From Amphiscolops sp. MND2022 (lineage: Eukaryota), in assembly GCA_964187785.1 (NCBI GenBank), contig OZ076412.1:81716001-81780000 (forward strand): a stretch of 64,000 nucleotides of DNA, read 5' to 3'. The notes beneath the pieces were generated by a model. That model was not told the origin of the DNA. It saw only the letters and a list, made by a program, of their open reading frames with translations, and made no database searches. The position numbers were made by a program, and so were the translations under genes. Positions 13,601 to 25,600 of the stretch are shown in pieces (the stretch's first letter is position 1; each line of letters opens with the position of its first letter).

Positions 13601-16600
13601 AAAAAAATTATTTCTGGCGAAAAGCTAAAGTTGACAGTATGGAAACGATACAATTTATTGCTTTCATATAAATTTGATCAATAGGCTGCGTCCACTATTT
13701 TTCAAAAAACCTCTTTTGTATCGTTTTCATCTGGAATTTGCAAACCTTACATGAATCTTGTAAGAGTTGGTGTCAAATAATACATGTTCGTGCAAAATCT
13801 CACAAAATTATCTGTCAGAAATTTGTAAAAATGTGTATTTTTTCAACTATTAGTTTTTCTCCCTAATTTATGCTCCGTTTGGAATAACTTCGGTTGAGTT
13901 CGTTTCATACACAAGTTATCAAAAGTAATACCAGAAAACTTCATTGCATAAAACTTACATAATATGAGGAGCTAAGTCCTGCAGACAAAACTATTGAAAA
14001 CTGAACTAATTAAAAAACTTTTAAAAGTCCTAAAAATCAATCTTGGAAAAAATTTGGAAAAAAAACAAAATCGAAATCCAGAATTGAAGCTTCTCATTCC
14101 GGTTGGAAACTTTGATAGAAATGTTTAAGCAGAACGATTGATTTGTCATACCATTTCCGAGAATTATTTGATGTGATATTACGTAATTACTTGTCAAATC
14201 AAAAGGGTTCTTTAACCTTGGTATCCGATGGGCACCTTGACTAGCACGTAGCAGGATGAAGAAGTTTGTTCTCCCCGGCTGTTGCTGGCACACACAGTGT
14301 ACTGGGCAGAATCGTCCGGCTGCACGTCCAGAATTACCAAGAAGTGCTCTTCGTCCTTCCTGAATGTCTGCCACAAAAGAAAATTCGATTGTGGAAACAA
14401 AAAATTCCAGTAGTACATATCTCAACACAGCGTTCGACACTTTGAATATCTTGCCAAGATCTTGCCAGAGGCTATCTGCTGATGTGGATTTATATAACAC
14501 ACTTAACAGGACTCAGATATTCAAGGTGTCAAGACAAAACCTAAGATCTTGTCAAGACATTCAAGGTGTCAAGACAAAACCTAAGATCTTGTCAAGACAT
14601 TCAAGATGTCAAGACAAAACCTAAGATCTTGCCAAAATATTCAAGATCCAAGATCTTACCAAGATATTCAAGATCCAAGATCTTGCCAAGATATTCAAGA
14701 TCCAAGATCTTACCAAGAAATTCAAGATGTCAAGACAAAACTTAAGATCTTTCCAAGATATTCAAGAATTCAAGATTTTTCAAAGATATCGGCAAGATAT
14801 TCAAGATGACGAACGCTGGGAACAAGAGTTGTTCACAAATGTTTACGCTGTCAAAGTACTACCATGGTTCTCGGGGAATCCAAAAAACGCCAAAAAATTG
14901 GTCACTGGTTGTGACGAAAAACTGGTTGTTCCTGATTGCCTTAAAAAGAATTGTGATATACAAAAAGAAAAAAATGCCTTCAGAACAAATTTTTTCAATA
15001 AATTATTTGGAAGAAAGAAATCAATGATCTTTGCTTTTTAAAAAAAACAGTTGCTAGAATAAAATTTTCCATGCTTTTGATCTGACATTTAATTGAGTTA
15101 AAAATGCTTTTGATTATTGAAGACTTTTTGAGAAGTTTTCCAACTAGTTTATAATGAAAGTCAGTTTCTTGCAGCGTGAATAAACTTTAACTGTTAACGC
15201 TAGCTAGATCAATTTGATAGAACGAAAAGAACTGGCGACAACTGTAAATTGTATCGTGACTAAATTTAACCAGTGTCATTTTCTCACAGTCAAGCCGTTA
15301 GCAGGTACTTGACAATATTATGATTAAAATACGTCAGCTGTCACAGACGGTTGGCTCTTTTCTGCCCTACCCCGCCATCGAAATTTTTTAGGCGAAATTT
15401 ACAGAAAATTTTAAAATAGCCCAATTAAAAATGAAATCTTTTTCCATAACAGAAAGTAAATTTCTATTGGAAGAGTTTTTGTTTGAACAAAACATTTTTC
15501 ACACATTCTAACGGTGATTATCTTCGAATTGACTCTTTTTTGTGAGTCACAAAACAGGAAGTTATTGATTTTTTAGGATCAGGAATGCGTGACTTCAGAT
15601 GGAGAAAAGTGTGAACAAAGTCTATATCCGGATCCTAAACCGTCAATCTGGGAATATATTTAACTTTGAAGGTTTTTGGTTTCCCGTGTTGACCCTCTTA
15701 CTTTCATCTTCGCTGTCTTGGCAAGATCTTACCAAATTTTTACTACATCTTGGCAACCATGGATCCCATGGCAAGGTTCTTATAAAATCTTACTAAGATA
15801 ATACTTATTCCAAGATCGTATCATATCACGATGGATAAAATTTTAAGATTATAAAAAAACACTATACCTTCGGTACAAGCAGCCGAGACTCAATCTAAAA
15901 GCTCATTTCACCCAACAACGACTATTTCTACTCGTTTTCATAATCAAAATGCTTAAACCTGCTGAAAAAATTTTGCATGCAAAAATGCGTGAAAAATTAC
16001 GATAACGTAGTCTGGCTTCCAAAATTTTGACGAGAATCCTAATAACTGCTCACCTGTTTAGGACTGAGAAATGCGAATGTACCATATAAAAGGTCATTTC
16101 AAGGGCTTTCCAAAACTTGTAATTTATCACTCCTGTCGATTCCAGAGGCGGAGAAATATGCTCTCAAACGTCCAGACCCACTATCGGAAAGTTACAAAGT
16201 AAAGACCTTAAAATACTGAAATTTTTGTAAAAATCAGATTTCCAGCTTTCTTTGAGCCTGTTTCAGCAGCCTTATTACTGCTAGAAACGGCGGTCATTGC
16301 TCTAATTTGGGTAATGATTCAGCTCAAGGCTTTTCTGACGCCGTTGTTGGCGACAATTAGGCAATTGAATGAACAAATTAACCAGCCTTCCTAAATAAAT
16401 ATCTCTTCAATCAAATTTTATACATTGCTAAAAGAAGTTTTAATGTGTATGTTGTGTACACAATGTGATTAGATTAAAATAAAACCAATAACAAGGCGCT
16501 TTGGCACAATAGCTTAGTGCGTTCGGTTTCCATTCCAAAGGTCTAGAGTTCGATTCCCGAAACCGTCAAATATTTGATACTTCTGAAAATACTAAAATAT

Positions 16601-19600
16601 ATTTTTCGAAAATATTCAATCAATTTGCTATCTCGAAAGCCAACATACCTCAAGACTCTTGTAACAGGCAAAGCAAAGACTGCAATTGCTGAATTTGCTT
16701 ACTGCGGAGCAATGTATAGAGATGCCCTAAAGACACTAGAACGAAAGTTTGGACAGCCGCAGGCTGTAGTAACTGCTTATCTGGATAAGTTGGCAAACTT
16801 TCCACCTGTGAAGATGCACAACAGTGAGAGCATCATCAGTTATTCAGCAATCATCTGTTCTCTAGTTGGGGTCTTCCGCTCTCTAAACTACGTCCAAGAC
16901 CTGGCGAGCACATCATTGCTTGGACAAGCCGTACAAAAGCTTCCGCCAAACATGAAAGAAGCATGGTCATTGCACACAGTGAGGCGAACTTTGGACAGAC
17001 CGATACTCATTGATTTCAATGACTGGCTCAAAGACAAAGCAGAAGCGCATGAGCGTATGAAATCTCTGCCCAACAAAGCGAAACCTGAAGAAAGTAGCAA
17101 CGTGACTGTAACTAAGACCAAGACTGCTTCTAAGGTTTTCGCCGCGACGACTTCTAGTCAACAAAGTGCCAGCGCTAAAGTTAAGAGTGACAAACCGCCT
17201 AACACTTGTGCCGCTTGTAAGGAAAAACATCCTTTGTGGAGGTGTCCAGCATTTAGAGCGAAAACACCCACAGAAAGAGCAAAACTTGTAGCTGACAATA
17301 AGCTTTGCTTTTCATGCTTCAACCAGAACCACACGTTTCGCCAGTGCCCGCAACCCCGCAAGTGTACGAAAGATGGATGCGGGAGTTCACACAACACTTT
17401 CTTGCACGGAGCCGACAGAATTTTTGCCAAGAAAGCCACTTATGTGAACAAAGACAAAACTGAAACATCTGGTTGTATTGGAACGTCAATGAGCAACGAA
17501 AGATCGGACGAGAGCTCAGGCATGCCTTCCGTTGCCGATGTCAAAGGCCTCTTACAAGTAACGGAAGTTGAACTTCTTGCGAACGGCAGAAGTGAAAAAG
17601 TCTTGGCACTGTGTGACTCCGCCTGCAGCCATTCCTGGATCTCAGCAAATCTGGCAACGAAGTTGAACGTTCATGGCACCCCGACCAAGCTTACTGTCCA
17701 TGGCATAAATTCCAACCAAGTCGTAGACACGCAACTGGTGGAGCTTAAGTTGACACCCGTTCATTCGGGTGGCTCTTGCTCTCCCTTTGTTGTTAAACCG
17801 TACGTCAGGGAAGACCTCAAAGTCGGAACTGACACCATCGACGTCGAACTTTTGAAAACCAAGTACCCCCATTTGCAACCAATCTCTTTGAAAAAGTACA
17901 GCTACGCTGATGTTGAAATGATCCTAGGTCAGGATGTTTTCCACTCGATCCGCCCGCTGGAGTATTTCGATTCCGACCGCAAAAATGCTCCAGTTGCCGT
18001 TCGCTTACCGTTGGGTTGGGTTTTGAGTGGACCGCTCCCCTCGTCCTCAGGTCTCTATTCAACTTGTTTTAAAGCAGTCGCTTGTAACAAAGAATTGGAC
18101 TCCGAACTTGCCGACCAACTCCGAAGCTGGTACGATATTGAATCGTATGGAGCGTACAAACAAGTAGATTCGCGTTCCGCTGCCGACGCGAGAGCGCTGA
18201 AAATACTTGAAGAAACAACTTACCACGATGGTAACCGATACCATGTGGGAATGTTGTGGACCGAAGCCGACAGTAGTTTGCCGAATAACTACTTTTCCGC
18301 GCTCGTGCAGCTAAAGTCGTTAGAACGTCGCCTCGACAAAGATCCTGAATTGAAACAACTTTACGCCAAAACAATTCACGACGACTTCAACAAAGGTTAC
18401 ATTACCCAAGTTGACAAAAGCGACTGTTTCAAATTAGACCAACCCCGCGAGTGGTACCTGCCACACCATCCTGTAGTGCACCCGCACAAACCTGGCAAAG
18501 TTCGCAGAGTATTGAATGGCGCAGCAAGGTTCCAGGGCCAATCTTTGAACAACGCCTTGTTAACCGGACCGGACTTGCTACAAAGTTTGATACACATACT
18601 GATCCGCTTTCGTCAACACAAGTACGCCGTCTCTGCCGATATCGAAGGTATGTTTCTTCAAGTTGGAGTCATACCAAAAGATCAACCTTCACTTCGTTTT
18701 CTGTGGCGGGAAGACCCAGCTGCAGAAATCGCTGTGTATCAGTACGTCCGGCACATCTTCGGGTCGAAGGACTCACCAACATGTGCGAACTACGCACTGA
18801 AGCGTACTGGTAGCGATAACCAAGACACTTTCCCTGAAGCAGCAAAAAGCGTTCATCGCAGTTTTTACATGGACGACTACTTGGAGTCAAGCCCTACTGT
18901 CGAAGAGGCCAGTAACAAAGCAAAGGACTTGGTCACACTGCTTGCAAAAGGTGGCTTCAATCTAACCAAGTTTGTCTCCAACATTACCCACCTTCCAGCC
19001 GAACTGCAACAAAGCGGTGAACTAACACCAACTGATGGGAAGGTGATTCCGAAACCAGACGAGTCCTCACATGTCTTGGGACTTAAATGGAATCATGCCT
19101 GTGATACCCTCGTAGTAAGTCGGGGAACGAGCCCCGCTACGAACGAGAAACTTACTCAACGAGTGGTGCTGAGCGTAGTTTCAGCTGTCTACGATCCCAT
19201 TGGACTCGTTGCTCCGTTTACCGTCCAAGCAAGACTGTTGTTGAAAGACATCTGGAGATTAAGTGGTCAACAGTGGGATGACGATCTGCCAGACGAAATC
19301 GTAACAAAGTTCAACGAATGGAGCAAGGAGCTGCCAACTTTGAGCGAAATTCAAATCCCACGGAGTTATTTCGAAGAGCGAGTCGAAACCTTGGAGCTTC
19401 ATATGTTCGGTGACAGCTCTCAAGATGTCTTCAGCGCCGTCGCCTTTCTACGAGGAAAAGTTGCCACCGCGACTGGTTACACCACAGAGTTAGCCTTCGT
19501 CTTCGGGAAAGCCAGAGTGGCACCCATGAAGGCCCTTACAATCCCGAAGCTCGAACTGCAAGCATCGTTGCTTGCCGCACGACTCCGAAAGGAAATCGAA

Positions 19601-22600
19601 AATGCTCTAACGGTCACAGTTGACAACACTTTCATGTGGACGGACAGTACGACGGTCCTTCAGTGGCTCCATTCATTAGAGAAGCAACCAGTGTTTGTCA
19701 CTAACCGTGTTGCCGAAATCCTGGAATTAACAACGGTGGATGAATGGAATTATGTCAAATCAAGTGACAACCCCGCTGATGCAGGAACGCGTGGTCTTTC
19801 AGCCAACTCACTTCGTGACAGTCCCTGGCTCAAAGGTCCTTCATTCTTGCGGACACACGACTGGCCGTTCGAACCACCAAAAGACGTTGAGATCAGATTG
19901 AAAGCGAAAAGGTCGGATCTCCCCAGTTCCGATCAAGAAACTTCGGAATTTTTGACTGCTTTAAGCGCAACTGTGATCGGCATCGCGACAACTTTCGAGT
20001 GGCAGAAGTACAGCTCGTACGAGAAACTTCTGCGCGTTGTTGCTTACATCTTGCGCCTACTGCCAAAAAACGAAGGTTACCGATCCGACTCTGGCTTAGT
20101 AACTGACCCGAATGAAATGCGAAATGCTGAAATGAGACTTTTCTATCTCATCCAACAAGAGTCATTTCCCGTCGAACTGAAGTGCTCGCTGAAACAATCC
20201 CCCGTCAGCAACTCTTCCAAACTCTCCCAATTCTCTCCTTTCATTGGGCCTCGAGGCCTACTGCGAGCAACCGGTCGGACCAAACAACTAACAGTTTCCA
20301 ACTTCGACGCAAAACACCCTATTTTACTGGACAGCCGTCACCCCGCCGTACGCTTGTACTTAGAGCAGCTCCATGAAACGCATTGCCATCAGGGTGTCGA
20401 CTACATGAGGGCGTTGGTGCAGCAACAGTTCGCCATCGTCAAGCTTAGAACCGCCCTGAGGTCAATTGTCTCCAAATGTGTCACTTGCCGCAAACGTCGA
20501 GCGGAAACTCTTAACCCGATAATGTCCGACCTTCCTCGGGAAAGACTGGCATTCAAAGAGCGTCCATTCACGAACACCGGGATTGACTATTTTGGTCCGT
20601 TTTACGTAGCTGTGAAGAGATCAACTGAAAAACGATGGGGATTCCTATTCACTTGCTTAACAACCAGAGCTGTCCACTTTGAAGTTGTTCCGTCAATGGA
20701 CACTAGTAGCTGTGTTATGGGGATCGAAAGATTTGCCGCCCGTCGGGGCGTCCCATCTGTTTTGTGGTCCGACAACGGAACCAATTTTATCGCCAGTGAA
20801 AAGGAGTTGCTACAAAACGTGTCAGCGTGGAATCAACAGACTCTGTCAGAAGCTTTGGTCAAAAAACGGATCCACTGGAAGTTCAATCCCCCCAGTGCTC
20901 CTCACCACGGAGGTGTCTGGGAACGAATTGTCAGGAGCTTCAAACACGTTTTTTATGCAATTCTTGGAAACCGTCGCCTAACGGACGAGATACTAACAAC
21001 TACCTTTTGTCTGGTAGAGCAGAGTCTCAATTCCCGTCCACTAGTACCCGTTAGCGCCGACGCTACGGATTTGGACGCGTTGACACCAAACCACTTCCTG
21101 TTGGGAACCGCGGGTTCCACAATGCCATCTCACCAAAGAGCCGACGTCGACCACAAAAAACGCTACGCACGTGCGCAAGCGTACTCAGATGCAATTTGGG
21201 ACCGTTGGTTAAGAGATTACGTTCCGTCGCTTAACCGCCGTTCAAAGTGGTCAACCCAACCAGATCGAGATCTCAAGACCGGAGACCTTGTCTGGATTGT
21301 GGAGCCTACGAGTCCACGAGGACATTACCCACTTGCACGTGTGGTTAAACTCAACTACGGTACCGACGCTGTCGCTCGTTCTGCGGAACTGAAAACCGCA
21401 ACAGGAAACCTTGTTCGACCCGTTGTCAAACTCGCACCCGTTTTCCCGTCCCCCGATTCTTCCAACCTTACTTAATCTGTAATAATTCTCCGTTTTTGTT
21501 CTCACTTGTAATCGTACCTAATTTGAATAAAATGTAACATGTACATCATCGAAAATCCATGTAAACCGTTTTTCGAAAAAAAAAGTTTCCTTCTCAATTC
21601 CAATGTTTCTTGCATTCACATCTTCTTGGGCCCGGAGGATGTTGTGTACACAATGTGATTAGATTAAAATAAACCAATAACAAGGCGCTTTGGCACAATA
21701 GCTTAGTGCGTTCGGTTTCCATTCCAAAGGTCTAGAGTTCGATTCCCGAAACCGTCAAATATTTGATACTTCTGAAAATACTAAAATATATTTTTCGAAA
21801 ATATTCAATCAATTTGCTATCTCGAAACTTTAATGTTTGCTGTTATTTGTAAACAATAATTTGTTCTTTTTTCTGTTGTCTGAATTTATTCACTGTGACC
21901 ATTGTGAATGATAACATTGCTTTCAATAAAACTTTGCAAAACGGACTGTATTCACCCGAAGGCTTACAGTTTTACAGTGTAACAATATAAATCTGCAGAA
22001 ATGTTGATTTTTATTGACTTCCTTTCAGATTTTTTCTTTCAAATAGGATTTTAGAATGAAAGTTTTCTTGGGAATATGGCTCTCTTGATAAGATCTTACC
22101 ATGACATCTTGCAATTCTTGCCAATATCTTGGCAAGATCTTAGCTAAAAGTTTTCCAAAATCTTGGCAAGATCTTGCCAAGATCTTACTAAGATATCCAT
22201 GGAGGGTCGACCCGGGTTCACTTTGAAGCAGTGAATTGTAGACGATACACGATACACGTTTTTTTTGCTTTTTTAATACACGAACCTACACGATACACGA
22301 TTTTTTTGGAATATACAACAAAAATACACGAAGAACACGAAGGACACAATAATCTAATTCAGCGCCAAAAATTGGGACGCGGCAAATGTGCCAGTAGTTT
22401 CAAAAAATTATGCTTGAAATTTAAGCCATTCCAGCAAGCCCAGGAGCAGTCGAAAGGCTATTTTCTCAATGTAACATACGATGCGCAAAAAGAAGAAACC
22501 TTATTTCGCCACAAAACTTGAAAATTTTGGTTCAAATTGCTGTTTATAATGAGTAAATTGAAAATCAATTTTTCGAAATTCTTTTTTTTTCATTTTCCAG

Positions 22601-25600
22601 GAAAGGTACACGAATGTACACGATTATATACGAAAATACACGATTTTCTAAAAACACGAATACCCGTAACGGTTTTTGCAAACACACGAAATACATGATA
22701 CACGAAAAACTCGATACACGACAATTCACTGCTTTGAAGTGTTTTTATGAGAGATAATTTTTGCTTTAAGATTTCAAGAAAAAATTGGTGGATGTGGGGG
22801 GGGGATGTTTCAGAAAAGAACCCAGCTGTTATGTAATATGTAATCTACCACATTAACCTTGACTCTATCGGTGCACTTAATGAGCTGACTGTCTTTGAAC
22901 CAGCGGACGGAGTTGTGGTCGACGTCTGATGAGTCATCAAGCACTATTCTCAACTTCAACTCCTCCCCCGCGGTTGTTTGCAAGGGTTGTGACTGGTCGC
23001 TAGCAGGTAGGGGCATCAGCATTCGGGGACCTTTGTCCTCTCCGCCCGTCAAACCTTTATACACAAAAAGAACGTTCAAGGAAGGAAAGAAGCACGAATT
23101 TCCAAGCTTGGTACTCCTGACTAAGGTGTGGTCCCTGCATATTTCGTCGGAATTATCATTATAACGTAGTCAGCTATGTTCACATACCCCTAGTGCCCTA
23201 AATGCAGGAGCGAAGCGAAGCGGAGCGACGTGCCATGTGGCCATGCCTCAATGTTGCTGCCTGGCGAAGGGAGCGAACCGACCGAGCCATGCAACAAATA
23301 TGCTAACCTCTTCAAATAAATCAAGTTCCATACATATTGGCTGTAACACCACTAAAAGCTAGTAATTTGAATTCTGCTGTTTGAGACTTACTTTTTAAAT
23401 GTTTGTGCATGTAATGTTTGCTTTGCGTCGGCTCTTCTAAATTTGCTAGGGACCACACTTAGTCACTAAGTCAGGAGTACCATTTCCTGTCACGTTTAAC
23501 CGTTTTTTATTCTAAAAATGAGCAATGATCAAAGAACCAATCTGCTGAACTAGGGGATGGCAACTCCGAAGCTTCGGCCTCAGAATTGACTGTGATGGCT
23601 CTTGGTTGGAAAAATGCTTTCCTTGCAAAGATCCTTAAAGAATCTTTCAAGATCTTGCAAGATAACGCATTTACCTGGAATTTCTTCTCGAAAAAGTCTC
23701 GCAAGATCCTTGCTTAAAATGCATTCCTCGGAAAGATGTTCCAGGAATCTTCCAAGGAATTTTTAATTGCAAGATTTCTCACGGACGAGAAGATCTTGAA
23801 ACGATTACATTTTCGTGTGCGTTTCATGCAAGTAATACGTTTACTTGCAAGGGTTTTCAAAGGAAGTATTGAAATCAAGGACCGTACAACATAGCAGATG
23901 ACGACTGCAGGTGTTTTGAAAATTTTTCTCTCAGAGTTCTGGTAACGTAACTGGTTCTACGTTAATGCATTTATTGTACAAATTTCAGACCAAAATATAC
24001 ACTGGTTCAGTAAATTGGGGTCAAAATTGTTGGAACTTTTTGCAAGCTTCATGCCTGTATGCAGGGTTTTTATTTTCCGCCCACATATAATGGGGGAGGA
24101 GAATCATAATCTGTGTTGCGCTTTATTTACAAATTCTGCCAAATCTCCACTTTATTTCTTCATTTAGTAAATTCTAGCCACCAGTTGGCGCAGTTGGTAG
24201 TGCCTCTGCCTGGCAGACACGAGGTTACTTTTTTAGCGGAAATTATGCCGGTGTTTAGCGGGCGTCTTGTTGAAAATAAAATCTAGAAAAGCCAGTGAGC
24301 TTCCGCCCGTAAATCCTTGAGAAGTTTTGTGCAGTTTCCACAATTGAAGTTAAACTAGAACGTAATTCCTTTTCCAAGTGTGAAAACAACGGGATTGACA
24401 CGGTGAAGAAGAATTCATTCCAGTTGATTTTCAGTTTTTGATTGAAATAGTGGACGCTGTGTTGTAATTTTACAGGAACTTGTTCCGGGCATGCTTCCGT
24501 AATTTTCCATGTTTCATCAAATAAACCTTGTATGCATGAAAGCAGCGTCACAAACTTCACATCAGTTTGAACAAGGAGATGATTGATGCGGAAATGAACT
24601 CATCAAAAACTTCAAAAAACCACGCCTGTAATATGTGCAAGTCAAAGATTAAAAAGTCGAAGATAACAAAAAAAAGTTGACATCAAACACAAATTTAATT
24701 GAAAAACAGAGATGCTGGAAGCTTAAGTAGTGGAACTATCCTTAGTTTGTGAGCAAACGAGCTGAACACAAAGTATGGCATAAATTCAACATAAACTATG
24801 ACTGGGAAAAGTTGAAACATGCCTGGAACGGCCCAAGTCGGCGCCCCGCTTTTGGTTTGAAAAGAGAAGAATATTTTGAATACGCGCTAGAACACGCGCC
24901 GACAAGTACTTAAAACATCGTTGAACAAAAAATTTTTTGTTTATAAAGTAAAAAGGTTTTTCCTCCGAAAAACCCAGATAGGGCTAGAAAACCCAAAAGG
25001 AGACCCTCGCAATGCGCGTTTTCAAACCAAAGGTTTGAAAATCAAAAAAGTGAAGAGGGAACCTTCGACGACGTTATTCTGTTTGAAATTAAAAGTCGCA
25101 CAGTACCAAAAAACCGTAGGTCTTTTCCAGAGGTATTGGAAAAACTCTGATCAGTCCTACAAAACCAAAAAAAAAGAAAGATGTCACCCTAAAGACTCAG
25201 AAAACAGTTTTCATTGACAGAGAACTACAACCAGAGCCGCATATGCGTTAAAGGAGTTGACTTAGGTCTTTTTCCTTCTGACTTGCTCCAATTCCATTCA
25301 TACGAATTTATTAAAATTGCACACATAAACCATACTATGGTGTAGAAAATGACTGTAGAAATTTTCGTTCGAATCGTATGGACAGTTTTTGCAAAAATCA
25401 AAAAAGTTGAAAAATGGCTGTTTTTTGGCCTTTTTTGGGTTAATTTTGGCTATGTTTCTCAAATCCCAGCAAAACGACTTTGATGAAATTACACACAAAG
25501 GACCATAATATAGTTGAAGTAGCAGCTAAAGAACTAGAATTAGAGGACAAACCATAGACAGGCATTATCATTGTTTGATATCATTATACTTAATTGTCTA

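Larger units (their letters stand above)
16450..21827 (+). mobile_element. BEL/Pao LTR retrotransposon with truncated gag and atypical 189/188-bp terminal direct repeats
   Basis: Direct repeats at 16450-16638 and 21640-21827 (1-nt indel), both starting TGTTG; PPT-like gggcccggagga before 21640. No PBS, no terminal CA and no adjacent 5-bp TSD. Confidence 0.92.

Noticed and set aside
14521-14810. CRISPR-like appearance of regularly spaced repeats
   Set aside because: The units are head-to-tail with no unique spacers, the context is a eukaryotic intron and there are no cas genes. The ORFs called here are repeat artefacts.
16574-16638. TTG start and N-terminus of the 1633-aa ORF
   Set aside because: This part is LTR sequence that happens to be open. 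The first ATG is at 16712 and the true gag start is deleted.
17158-21505. Many 60-120-aa ORFs overlapping the BEL pol (and similarly those overlapping the Gypsy pol and the Ig exons)
   Set aside because: They are shadow frames of real coding sequence.
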